A stretch of 64,000 nucleotides of DNA, taken from NCBI GenBank assembly GCA_030390025.1, contig CM059433.1, positions 13,952,001 to 14,016,000 of the forward strand. The letters are read 5' to 3'. Each line of letters begins with the position of its first letter. Within the stretch, counting starts at the first letter, position 1. The notes beneath the pieces were generated by a model. It searched no databases and was not told the DNA's origin. It worked only from the letters and a program-made list of their open reading frames with translations. Positions 36,456-49,374 of the stretch are shown in pieces. Source of the DNA: Squalus acanthias (taxonomy: Eukaryota). The translations under genes and the position numbers were made by a program.

Positions 36456-38254
36456 GGGCTTGATTTTGCCAGCGCTCAGAGGTCGGGTTTGGAGGCGGAT
36501 CTGCTGTCAAAATAGCAAAGATTGACAGTGGGTAGGAAACCCGCTGTCAACCCGCCTCCACACAAGTCTCCCAGGTGTCGGGTCTGTCAGTGGAGAACTG
36601 ACCCGACACCAAGCGGCGGGGGAGACAATTGAGATAATTAAATGGCTTAACAGCCAATGTAATGTTATTTTGAGGCTTCCTTCCAATTTTACTTGCTCCT
36701 CCACGGGTTACCCGCTGCTCGGGGAACACGCCAGCTCACCCTGGCGTGAGTTGAGTCTGCACTGATATATCTGATAAGCTGACAGCTGCAGAAGTGGTGT
36801 CAAGGATGCCATGTTGCAGATGGTCAGTTTCAGAGCGCAGAAACTGTTGGTTACTGCATTTGTAAGACTTAGAGATTTCTTTAGCTTGCCAGTGTTCAGA
36901 GCCAACTGTATGTCCAGTGCCACCTCATTGGAACAACTTCTCTCACCATTGACAGACCACTTCTGTCATCTCACCTACAGCTGCCATCTATTGCAGCAAC
37001 ATCGGTGCCCTAGAAAAAATCAGACCTTGGTCCTCCGAATCCTTCCACGATCAGCCCCAACACCAACATCACCAGGCACACCAGCAGCAGCAACAACACC
37101 ACCAACCTTCTCCACCATCACCTGATGCTGCACAGAACACAGGGCATCATCCCCTGACAACATTGCTGCCTGGGAGGCCAGCAATGGCATCACCATGGCC
37201 AGATTTACTTCACTTGATGCTGTAAACCCTGGCTGCTACATGATGCACCAGGTTGACACCATCCCACACCAGTACCGTAAAGCATCCCTTTAATGTCCAA
37301 GCCATTCCATGCGCACTCATCACTATAGCGGCGGTGGGGGGTGGGGGGGGGGAAGTTATGTCTCAACATTCACTGGAACTGAGTAAGACACTTCTCAAGG
37401 TGCGCACAGATCTGTCCAATAAGGGGCAGTGTTGAAAATATAGATTGGACTGTATGACAACACATTACCAGAAACTTCACATGGACATTGGCTAAACCTC
37501 TCAAGTGCCTACCCTTGTGTGTTGTTAGTTGGTATGCTTGCAGTAGGATGAGGGTGAGTGTGAGGGGTGGCTAGTGAGATGGGGAACTGATAATATAGAT
37601 AGAGAGGGATGGGTGGAGGTGCAAGGTAAGTTGGTGTGAGTAAGGATGTGCAGGAGTAGGGTAGGGAAGGCAGAGTGATGGCTTTGTGTTGAGTGGCACA
37701 GCAGGATGAGGTTGAGTGTGGCTTTGCAGTAACGTTTCGTGATCCACTGAGATCATTGAAAGTTTGGCGCCACTGCACCCAGGGACCCCGATGACATCCC
37801 TGCTTTTGGCCTCCTGCGCAATGTGCAACCAGGCTGCGTTGGTGTCCTGAGGAGGTGTCTTCCACCCTTGGAAGGGAAGAGAACCTCCCTGTGTGCTGTG
37901 ACTCCCTCCATAAGCATATGGAGGGAGTCATTGGAGAGCCTGGGTGCAGCCATCCACCTTTGTGCAGTGCTTGTCAGTGTTTGCAGCACCTCAATGCTGT
38001 CAATCACTGACAGAACAACTGTCAAAAACTCAATATGGCCGTGGTCCCTTTAAGGAAACCGGCTGATGACGCGTCATCAAATGACATCATCAGACCCGTT
38101 TCCTATTGATTAGCCGGGAAGCCCACAGGGTGGGCTGAACAAGGCCAATCAAGGGAAAATCCTGTTGACAGAGCGACTGCAGCTGGGAGCGGGACCAGAA
38201 CCCGGCAAACAGCTATCCCACCACCATCCCAACACCGCTGAGAAAATCCAGCCC
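36456..38254 (-). mobile_element. Internally deleted Harbinger with Myb/SANT-like gene 5' exon
   Basis: TIR GGGCTTGATTTT / AAAATCCAGCCC, TSD TAA; AAPRLSNDSLHMLMEGVTAHREVLFP...WVQWRQTFNDL. Confidence 0.88.
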
Positions 38255-38361
38255 TAAGCTATGTGCGCCGGGGCTGTCAGATCACAGAATCACCCCAAGT
38301 CACTCCACCATAGGGCCTCCGAGGCTCTTCCTGGACTCAGCAATTAGCTGCATTGTTTTCA

Positions 38362-38700
38362 ATCACTCCATGGCCTTGCCCCTCCCTATCTCTGTCATCT
38401 CCTCCAGCCACAGACCCCTCTGAGATCTCTGAGCTCCTCGAATTCTGGCCTCTTGAGCATCACCGATTTTAATCGCTGCACCATTGGCAGCCGTGTCTTC
38501 AGCTGCCAAGGCCCTAAGCTCTGGAATTCCCTCACAAAACCTCTCCACCTCTCTACTTCTGTTTCCTCCTTAAAACCTATCTCTTATCTACCCTAATATC
38601 TCATGTGGCTTGGTGTCAAATTTTGTTTGATAACTCTCATGTGAAGCGCCTTGGGACACTTTACTACATTAAAGACGCTATATAAATGCAAATTGATATT
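38362..38700 (+). mobile_element. L2 3' fragment
   Basis: SLHGLAPPYL...IGSRVFSCQGPKLWNSL and L2 tail. Confidence 0.8.
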
Positions 38701-39223
38701 ATTGCATTACTAAACTCCTTCAGCCATTCTGCCGTTAAAATTTGACATGTGCTGCCTACTTCCACCATGCTTATGATTAATATTCCATCATTTTTAATGC
38801 TAGAATATCAGCATTCTTTCAACTTCTCTCTCTCGTCCCCCTTAAGCTGTAAATACAGTGTCTTACACTTTAGGCCTCCTCTCTGCATCCTCAATGTGTT
38901 AAAATCAAAATTATTCTACTTTCTTTCCTTCCCAACACCTTGGAACCCTGGAATTCGTTACCTCCCTCAGTCTTGCCTTCCTCCTAAAATCTATAGGCTG
39001 TTAAAACTCGGACTGCAGTGGTTCAAGAAGGCGGCTCACCACTCAAGGGCAATTAGGGATGGGCAATAAATGCTGGCCTTGCCAGCGACGCCCACATTCC
39101 ATGAATTAATTAATAAAAAGCTTGTCATCAATGATTCATTGCTTTCTCTGCCCTTTTCAGCTTTGATCGTGGTCTGCACTATGGTCCTTGAGCCTTCACC
39201 TAGGTTTCACAATAATAAATGCT

Positions 39224-41140
39224 CATACATAGATACATAGAACAGTACAGCACAGTACAGGCCCTTCGGCCCTCGATGTTGTGCCAAGCATTGTCCGAGA
39301 CCAAGATCAAGCTATCACACTCCCTATCACTCTGGTGTGCTCCATGTGCTTATCCAATAACCGCTTGAAAGTTCCTAAAGTGTCCGACTCCACTATCACA
39401 GCAGGCAGTCCATTCCACACCCCAACCACTCTCTGAGTAAAGAATCTACCTCGGACATCCCTTCTATATCTCCCCCCATGCACCTTATAGTTATGCCCCC
39501 TTGTAACAGCTGCCTCTACCCGAGGAAATAGTCTCTGAACATCTATCCCCCTCATCATCTTATAAACCTCTATTAAGTCGCTTCTCATCCTCCTCCGCTC
39601 TAAAGAGAAAAGCCCCAACTCCCTCAATCTTTCCTCATAAGACCTCCCCCCCAAACCAGGCAGCATCCTGGTAAATCTCCTTTGCACTCTTTCCAATGCT
39701 TCCACGTCCTTCCTATAGTGAGGTGACCAGAACTGCACACAATATTCCAAATGTGGTCTCACCAAGGTCCTGTACAGTTGCAGCATAACCTCACGGTTCT
39801 TAAACTCAAACCCTCTGTTAATAAACGCCAACACACCATAGGCCTTCTTTACTGCTCTATCCACTTGAGTGGCAACCTTCAGAGATCTGTGGATATGAAC
39901 CCCCAGATCCCTCTGCTCCTCCACGTTCCTCAGAACCCTGCCGTTGACCCTGTAATCCTTATTCAAATTTGCCCTACCAAAATGAATCACCTCGCACTTA
40001 TCAGGGTTAAATTCCATCTGCCATTTTTCGGCCCAGCTCTGCATCCTATCAATGTCTCTTTGCAGCCTACAACTGCCCTCCACCTCATCCACTACTCCAC
40101 CAATCTTGGTGTCATCAGCAAATTTACTGATCCACCCTTCAGTCCCCTCCTCCAAGTCATTGATAAAAATCACAAACAGCAGAGGACCCAGCACCGACCC
40201 CTGTGGCACACCGCTGGTAACTGGTCTCCAGTCCGAAAATGTTCCATCCACCACCACCCTCTGCCTTCTATGAGATAGCCAGTTACTTATCCAATTGGCC
40301 AAATTTCCCTCTATCCCACAACTCCTTACTTTCTTCATGAGACGACCATGAGGAACCTTATCAAACGCCTTACTAAAATCCATGTATACGACATCAACTG
40401 CTCTACCTTCATCTACACACTTAGTTACCTCCTCAAAGAATTCAATCAAATTTGTTAGGCAAGACTTACCCTTCACGAATCCGTGTTGACTATCCCTGAT
40501 TAAGTAGCCCCTTTCCAAATGGTCATAAATCCTATCCCTCAGGACCTTTTCCATTATCTTACCAACCACCGAAGTAAGACTAACCGGCCTATAATTACCA
40601 GGGTCATTCCTATTTCCTTTCTTGAAGAGAGGAACAACATTCGCCACTCTCCAGTCCTCTGGCACCATCCCCGTGGACAGTGAGGACCCAAAGATCAAAG
40701 CCAGAGGCTCTGCAATCTCCTCCCTTGCCTCCCAAAGAATCCTAGGATATATCCCATCTGGCCCAGGGGACTTATCGACCCTCAGGTTCTTCAAAATTGC
40801 TAAAACATCTTCCCTCAGAACATCTACCACCTCCAGCCTATCCACCTTTATCACACTCTCATCCTCAAGAACATGGCCCCTCTCCTCGGTGAACACTGAC
40901 GAAAAGTATTCATTCATCACCTGTCCTATCTCTTCTGACTCCATGCACAAGTTCCCACTACTGTCCTTGACCGGCCCTACCCTCACCCTGGTCATTCTTT
41001 TATTTCTCACATAAGAGTAAAAAGCCTTGGGGTTTTTCTTGATCCGACCCGCCAAGGACTTCTCATGCCCCCTCCTAGCTCTCCTAAGCTCTTTTTTTAG
41101 CTCATTCCTTGCTACCTTGTACCCCTCAATCGACCCAACT
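39224..41140 (-). mobile_element. CR1, 5'-truncated; uninterrupted ~600-aa ORF2 part with complete RT domain
   Basis: KSPGPDG, YRPVSLTS, DFSKAFD, GVPQGSVLGP, FADD. Confidence 0.95.
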
Positions 41141-41227
41141 GATGTTAGAATAGGTGACAAAGCTATTTAGTGCATGGAACACAGGAGGGTAATTCTATGC
41201 ATGTCTGTCTCCTATTTTACCAGGAAT

Positions 41228-42863
41228 ACATAAGAACATAAGAAATAGGAACAGGAGTAGGCCAATCGGCCCTTCGAGCCTGCTCCGCCATTCAATAAGA
41301 TCATGGCTGATCTGATCCTCACCTCAAATCTAAAGAACACAAGAAGTAGGAGCAGGACCCGGCCACTCAGCCCCTGGGCCCGCTACGCCACCCACAGGGC
41401 CTCGACCGATCCGAACTCAGCCTCATGTCCAATTTCCTGCCCGCTCCCCGTAACCCCTAATTCCCTTTACTTCTAGGAAACTGTCTATTTCTGTTTTAAA
41501 TTTATTTAATGATGTAGCTTCCACAGCTTCCTGAGGCAGCAAATTCCACAGACCTACTACCCTCTGAGTGAAGAAGTTTCTCCTCATCTCAGTTTTGAAA
41601 GAGTAGCCCCTTATTCTAAGATTATGCCCCCTAGTTCTAGTTTCACCCATCCTTGGGAACATCCTTACCGCATCCACCCGATCAAGCCCCTTCACAATCT
41701 TATATGTTTCAATAAGATCGCCTCTCACTCTTCTGAACTCCAATGAGTAGAGTCCCAATCTACTCAACCTCTCCTCATATGTCCACCCCCTCATCCCCGA
41801 GATTAACCGAGTGAACCTTCTTTGTACTGCCTCGAGAGCAAGTATGTCTTTTCTTAAGTATGGACACCAAAACTGTATGCAGTATTCCAGGTGCGGTCTC
41901 ACCAATACCTTATATAACTGCAGCAATACCTCCCTGTTTTTATAATCCATCCCCCTAGCAATAAAAGCCAACATTCCATTGGCCTTCTTGATCACCTGCT
42001 GCACCTGCATACTAACTTTTTGATTTTCTTGCACTAGGACCCCCAGATCCCTTTGTACTGCAGTACTTTCCAGTTTCTCGCCATTAAGATAATAACTTGC
42101 TCTCTGGTTTTTCCTGCCAAAGTGTATAACCTCACATTTTCCAATATTGTATTGCATCTGCCAAATCTCCGCCCACTCACCCAGCTTGTCTATATCCCCT
42201 TGTAGGTTTTTTATGTCCTCCTCACTTTCTACTTTCCCTCCCATCTTTGTATCATCTGCAAACTTTGATATGTTACACTCGGTCCCCTCCTCCAAATCGT
42301 TAATATAGATTGTAAAGAGTTGGGGACCCAGCACCGACCCTTGCGGAACACCACTGGCTACTGGTTGCCAGTCCGAGAATGAACCATTTATCCCAACTCT
42401 CTGCTTCCTGTTAGATAACCAATCCTCCACCCATGCCAGAATATTACCCCCAATCCAGTGATTTTTTATCTTGAGCAATAATCTTTTATGTGGCACCTTG
42501 TCGAATGCCTTTTGGAAGTCTAAATACACTACGTCCACTGGTTCCCCTTTATCCACCCTGTACGTTATGTCCTCAAAGAACTCAAGCGAATTTGTCAGAC
42601 ATAACTTCCCCTTCATAAAGCCATGCTGACTTTGTCCTATTAAATTATGTTTATCTAAATGTTCCGTTACTGTCTCCTTAATAATAGACTCCAAAATTTT
42701 ACCCACCACAGATGTTAGGCTAACTGGTCTATAATTACCAGCCTTCTGCCTACTTTTTAAATAAGGGTGTTACATTAGCAGTTTTCCAATCTGCCGGGAC
42801 CTTTGCTGAGTCCAGGGAATTTTGGAAAATTATTACCAAAGCATCCACAATCCCTACTGCCAC
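41228..42863 (-). mobile_element. CR1, 5'-truncated (428-aa ORF), with two tandem 3' ends
   Basis: RT motifs; tails starting at 41228 and ~41331. Confidence 0.93.
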
Positions 42864-43022
42864 GATGGAATGTTTGTTATGAGTGCTGGTGATGGTTAAT
42901 AATAGAAGTACTGAGTGGGGTAAGTTGACTTAATTCTCTGAAGGGGTATCTTATTCCCACAAATCATCACTAATTTCTGATTGTCTCTTAGTTTACATCT
43001 GCTTCACACAAACTCACATAAT

Positions 43023-43775
43023 GGCCCAGAAATTAAACACTGAGTGTTCACGCGGGGGTAAGGCTTCCCCGCGATATCTCACTCCGCGCCTACCTTTTTC
43101 CTCTGGGCCCACACGAACTTTAGTTTCAAGGCCAGTCCCACATGCAGCTGTGCAGTGCTTGCGTGACCCAGAGACGCAATTAGTTCGTGCGAGCTCTGGG
43201 ATCACGTGATTCAGTTAGAGCCAATGGCAGCACACCATCTTTCATTCATAGTTTTAACAGCAAGGGCTTTCAAAGCTATGAATCCTACACCCCCCCAAAA
43301 GAACAGCTAAACCTCAATTAAATTAAAAAAAAGCCATCACATTAATAAAATAAGTATAGTTAAATAAATTAACCACTTTAAACAAAAAATTAAATTTTTG
43401 AAAAAATTTAAAATCTTTTTAAAAGTTATAAAAATAAACTTACCTTTCTTTAAAGTCTCTAAAAAAGATAAACCTGTTGAAAAAAATTTAAAATAATACT
43501 TAATTAACTACTTACCTTGCTAAAAGAGGGTCTTACGCCTCCTTTCTTTATGTGTAAAATCTTCCATGCTTACCTGCGCGTTCAAAGCACTAAGTGCACT
43601 GCGTGCGCGCAGCCTGTAGCGCGCACGCGGTTCACTTAGGAACCGCCCCCTTTTGAATTCACGAAGTGCCGGTTTCCCGCGCATGCGCAGTGCATGCAGG
43701 AAACCGGCAATTGGAGACCTAAAACGCGAGAGTACACAGTGCGTACTCTCGCGTATTAGGTCTAATTTTCGGGCC
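43023..43775 (-). mobile_element. MITE family A
   Basis: TIR GGCCCAGAAATTA / TAATTTTCGGGCC, AT on both flanks. Confidence 0.88.
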
Positions 43776-44039
43776 ATTATGTTCTAAATTTTGCTTTTTG
43801 AAATTTTTCTAAATCTAGACAATTGTAACGATTTGATTAACTTGCCAAAATAGGATCACACTACATGTATTATCTGCGATTAGCAATTTTTACTCCCGAT
43901 TATAAATATATATTTTTTTATCTTCCACTTAATTTATCTTGCTCAGCACTGTCCATTACATTTATACTTTGTCATATGACCCCAAGCATGTCACAGGGGG
44001 CAATATTCTGTGCCAAACACCCCCTCCCCAAACACCAGG

Positions 44040-47000
44040 CGCTGTACAGGTGGTCTGCACAGAGCGGGATTAAACCGAGTGGACTTGAACAGAGTGTTTT
44101 ATTCGGGAATTTGGAAAGAGTGGGAATTTCTGGTAAGAGGGGGAGGAGTTGTTGCTTTTTGTCTACACTACTTGTAGTGCTTTGTGTTACAGGTAGATAT
44201 TTAATTTCAGTACCCTTAACTTAATTTAGAGCAAGTAAGTAGTCAAGAAACGACACTGCAAACTAAGTTAACTAATTACAAATTTAATTACATTTAATTA
44301 AATAAAACAAGGTCATAGGGATGGCAGTGCAGGTGGTGTGCCGCAACTGCAGCATGTGGGAGTTTGTGGAGAGCATTGTGATCCCGGACAACCACGTTTG
44401 CAGTAAGTGCCTGCATCTTGAGGAACTTCAGCTCAGAGTTTCTGAGCTGGAGTCTGAGGTGCAGACATTGCGGGGCATCAAGGATGGGGAGAGTTACCTG
44501 TACACTTTGATCCAGGAGGCAGTCACACCCATTAGGTTAGGTAGTGGTACAGGTCTGGTTAGTGGTGAGGGACAGGAGGGAGTGACTGCAACTCAGGCAG
44601 GTAAGGGGACTCCAGGTGCAGTGCTGGAGGAGCCTCAGTCTTTGTCCTTGTCCAACAGGTATGAGGTTCTTGCTGCCTGTGTGGATGAGGGAAAAGCCTG
44701 CAGGATGGATGAGCAAACTGACCATGGCAACAAGGTGCAGGAGGCCATTCAAGTGGGGGGAGTGAAGGGAATGTAGTTGTGGTAGGGGACAGTACAGTCA
44801 GGGGGATAGATACTGTTCTCTGCAGCCGCGACCGAGAGTTTCAAATCTTGTGTTGCCTGCCAGGGTTAAAGACATCTCCTCATGGCTGGAGAAGAACTTG
44901 GAGTGTGAGGGGGAGGATCCAGTTGTCATGGTCCACGAAGGAACCAACGACATAGGTAGAACTAGGAATGAGGTTCTGCTGAGGGAGTTTAAGTAGCTAG
45001 GATCCAAATTAAAAAGCAGAACCTCAAAGGTAATAACCTCTGGATTGTTACCTGAGCCACGTGCAAATTGGCATAGGGACAAACAGATTAGAGGTTTAAA
45101 TCCGTGGCTCAAAGAGTGGTGTGGGAGGAAGGGGTTTCAGTTTATGGGACACTGGCACCAGTACTGGGGAAAGAGTGAGCTGTTCCGTTGGGACAGGCTC
45201 CACTTAAACCAGGCTGGGACCAGTGTCCTGGCAAACCGAATAACTAGGGCAGTAGACAGGGCTTTAAACTAATGAAGGGGTGGTGGGAGGATTCGGGAAA
45301 GAGTCAATTTAAAAGCAGCGAGAAAAGTGTCAAGGCTCTAGAGCAGAATAGAGTTTTGGGTGAAAATAAGCAGAGTGGGTCAGGAAGCGACAGAGAGAGT
45401 AACAAAGGTAATAAGGCATCAGTGACTAAGGTGACATCAGGGAAAAATAGAAACAAGTCAAAGCTAAAGGCACTAAATATGAATGCATGAAGCATTCGCA
45501 ACAAAACAGATGAATTAATAGCACAGATAGAAATCAAAAGGTTTGATTTAATAGCCATAATGGAGACATGGTTGCAAAGTGGCCAAGGTTGGGAACTAAA
45601 TATTCCAGGATACTTAATTTTTAGAAGAGATAGGCAAAATGGAAAAGGAGGAGGGGTAGCCCTGATAATAAAGGATGGGATGAAGACAATAGAGAGAAAG
45701 GATCTTAGCTCTGAAAACCAAGCAGTAGAATCAGTTTGGGTGGAGCTAAGAAACAGCAAGGGGCAGAAAACATTGGTGGGAGTTGTTTATAGGCCCCCAA
45801 ACAATAGTTGTAATGTAGGGCAGAGTATAAATCAGGAAATTAGAGATGCATGTAACAAGGGTAATACAGTGATCATGGGGGACTATTTTAGATCTAGTAT
45901 TGTGCAATGAGAAAGGGTTAATTAATAACCTTGTAGTAAAGGGGCCTTTAGGGAAGAGTGACCATAATATGATAGAATTTTATATTGAGTTTGAAAGTGA
46001 TTTAGTTAAATCCGAAACTAGGATCTTAAATCTAAACAAAGCGCACTATGTAGGTATGAAGGGCGAGTTGGCTAAGGTAGATTGAGAAACTACATTCAAA
46101 GGTATGATGGTAGCTAAGCAATGGCTAGCATTTAAAGAATTAATACATAATTTATAACAAATATACATTCCTTTAAGGCACAAAAATCCCACAGGAAAAG
46201 TGATCCAACCGTGGCTAACAAGAGAAGTTAAAGATAGTATTAGATCAAAGGAAGAGGCTTATAAGGTTGCCAAAAAGAGTAGTAAGCCTGAGGATTGGGA
46301 GGATTTTAGAATTCAGTAAAGGAGGACCAAGAAATTGATCAAGATAGGGAAAAATAAAATATGAGAGTAAACCAGCGAAAGATATAAAAACAGACTATAA
46401 AAGCGTCTATAGGTATGTAAAAAGGAAAAGATTAGCAAAAGTAAATGTGGGTCCCTTACAGACTGAGACAGGAGAATTATAATGGGGATTAAGGAAATGG
46501 CAGAGAAATTAAACAAATACTTTGGGCTGGATTTTCTCAGCCCCGAGGAGGCAGGTATGGAGGCGGGACTGCCGGTAAAGTAGAAGTGGGGGCGGATGGC
46601 AAACCCACCCCCATCCCGCCTCCGTGCCCTTTTGCCAGAAGATGGGAAGATGTGCTGCTTCGGGTCCCATCTCCTCGAGGCAGGAAAGGGATTAAATCCT
46701 TTTAACTGACTGTTAACAGGTAGTTAAAAGGCAGAAAAAAGGATTAGTCCCATTTTACCTTTTCAGGTGAAGGCTTCCCGACCTCGGAGAACCCCGCCAG
46801 GTTGGAGGAGACGTGGAGGAGGTCTGCGGGGGTCAGAGGGGCCTGAAAGTAAGATGTAGAGGTGAGTGATGGGTGCAAGTGTGGAGTGGTAAGTATGTAA
46901 GGTGAGTGTTAAGTGTTAAAAAATGTTCACTTACTTTGGTTTCTGCCTACAGTCTTCATCCACCCTGGATCGGGAGTCCCGACTTCTTCCTTGTCGATTT

Positions 47001-49085
47001 CACAGACTGGCTGTTGGATCCTCCGAACCAACAGTCATCTGAAATCTACAAAGTTAAAAGGTTTGATGAGTCGTGAACACAAGGTCTCATCAAACTACAG
47101 AGAATGTCAGTGTTTGACAGCTTCACAGAGCTGTCAAACGCTGACATTTCTTCTTTCAAGAAGTCTTGACAGATGGCACATCAGACGTTGACGTACTCTG
47201 TCAGTGACTTCCCCCTAATTGGCCTGCTGAGCCCACAGGGCGGACTTAACAAGGTCAATCAGGGGAAACTCCCTCTGGTTGGCCAGAAGATGATGGAGGC
47301 GGGACATAGACCCGACAAGCAGTCCCGCCTCCAACTCATCTCCATTCACAAAATCCAGACCTTTGTGTCTGTCTTTACGGAATAAGATGCAAAAAACTTG
47401 CCCGAAATAGTGGAGAACCAAATTCTAGTGAGAATGAGGAACTGAAATAAATTAGTATCAGTAAAAAAAATAGTACTGGAAAAATTAATGGGACTGAAAG
47501 CCGATAAATCCCCTGGACCTGATGGCCTACATCCTAGGGTTTTGAAAGAGGTGGCTATAGAGATAGTGAATGCATTGGTTGTCATTTTCCAAAATTCCAT
47601 AGATTCTAGAACGGTTCCCGCAGATTGGAATGTAGCAAATGTAACCCCACTATTTAAGAAAGGAGGGAGAGAGAAAACGGTGAACTACAGAACAGTTAGC
47701 CTGACATCAGTAGCAGGGAAAATGCTAGAATCTATTATTAAGGACGTGGTAACAGGGCACTTAGAAAATAATAATAGGATTGGGCAGAGTCAACACGGAT
47801 TTATGAAAGGGAAATCGTGTTTGACAAATCTGTACGAGGTTTTTAAGGTTGTAACTAGTAGAATAGATAAGGGGGAACTAGTGGATGTGGTGTATTTGGA
47901 TTTTCAGAAGGCATTCAATAAAGTGCCACACAAGAGATTATTAAACAAAATTAGGGCTCATGGGATTGGGGGTAATACATTAGCATGGATTGAGGATTGG
48001 TTAACGGACAGAAAACAGAGAGTAGGAATAAACGGGTCATTTTCAGGTTGGCAGGAGGTAACTAGTGGGGTACCACAAGGATCAGTGCTTGGGCCTCAGC
48101 TAGTCACAATCTATATTAATGATTTGGATGAGGGGACCAAATGTAATATATCCAGGGTTGCTGATGATACAAAGTTGGGTGGGAATGTAAGTTGTGAGGA
48201 GGTTACAAGGAGGCTTCAAGGGGATATAGACAGGATAAGTGAGTGGGCAAGAACATGGCAAATGGAATATAATGTGGAGAAATGTGAAGTTATCCACTTT
48301 GGTAGGAAAAATAGAAAAGCAAGAGTATTTTTTATATGGTGAGAGATTGGGAAATGTTGGTGTTCAGAGGGACCTGGGTGTCCTTATACACGAATCACTA
48401 AAAGTTAACATGCAGTTACAGCAAGCAAATAGGAAAGCAAATGGTATGTTGGCCTTTATTACAAGAGGATTTGAGTATAAGAGTTAAGACATCTTACTTC
48501 AATTATATAGGGCCCTGGTGAGACCACACCTGGAGTATTGTGTACAGTATTGGTCTCCTTACCTAAGGAAGGATATACTTGCCATAGAGGGATGCAACAA
48601 AGGTTCACCAGAAGGTTCCTGGGATGGGGGTATTGTCCTATGAGGAGAGATTGAGTAGACGAGGCCTATATTCTCTAGAGTTTAGAAGAATGAGAGGTGA
48701 TCTCATTGAAACATACAAAATTCTTATAGGGCTTGGCAGTGTAGATGCAGGGAGGATGTTTCCCCTGGTTGGGGAGTCTAGAACCAGGGGTCACAGTCTC
48801 AGAATAAGGGGTCGGCCATTTAGGACTGAGATGAGGAGAAGTTTCTTCACTCAGAGGGTGGTGAATCTTTGGAATTCTCTACTCCAGAGGGCTGTGGAGG
48901 CTCAGTCGTTGAGTGTATTCAAGACAGAGATCGATAGATTTTTGAATATTAAGGGAATCAAGGGATTTGGGGATAGTGCAGGAAAGTGGAGATGAGGTAG
49001 AAGATCAGCCATGATCTTATTGAATGGTGGAGCAGGCTCAAAGGGCCAAATGGTCTACTCCTGCTCCTATTTCTTATGTTCTTAC
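44040..49085 (+). mobile_element. Near full-length decayed CR1: ORF1 (zinc finger, coiled coil, SGNH esterase; 44321-45272) and ORF2 (APE-RT)
   Basis: CRNC...CSKC, VVGDS, HEGTND; ETWL, GVVYRPP, SDHN, RT motifs; (TTCTTATG) tail; many stops. Confidence 0.93.
46524..47361 (+). mobile_element. Harbinger-type MITE family D nested in CR1 ORF2
   Basis: TIR GGGCTGGATTTT / AAAATCCAGACC, TSD TTT; CR1 resumes after it. Confidence 0.9.
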
Positions 49086-49374
49086 AAGCAGAGTGCATCC
49101 AAAGCATGCCCGAACTTGATGGACTGGTTCATTTACATGGCCTAATCACACTCCCCCCCCACCACCCCTCCCCCCCCACCGCCCACTGCAGGTCCTCCAT
49201 TGCAGGGCCTTCCATTGGGATTAAGGTTCAGAAACAGAAGTGCAGTTGCAGACCTGAGAGACAGAAGATCAAAGGCACCTTGAAAAAAAAACAAGGACGC
49301 TCACATTTTAGGCCTTCTTCTCCTTGCTGCCTCTCCCCCTCATAAGCTCCAATCTGAGAGGGGCCCAGGAACTG

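Noticed and set aside
39307..41160. 617-aa RT ORF as a host gene or novel RT system
   Set aside because: Ordinary 5'-truncated CR1 ORF2 with a CR1 tail; the ATG comes from flanking sequence
46913..47191. Homologous small ORFs (46913-47191 and 61516-61779) as a new peptide family
   Set aside because: Both lie in copies of the same MITE, so similarity follows from DNA homology; starts are non-ATG
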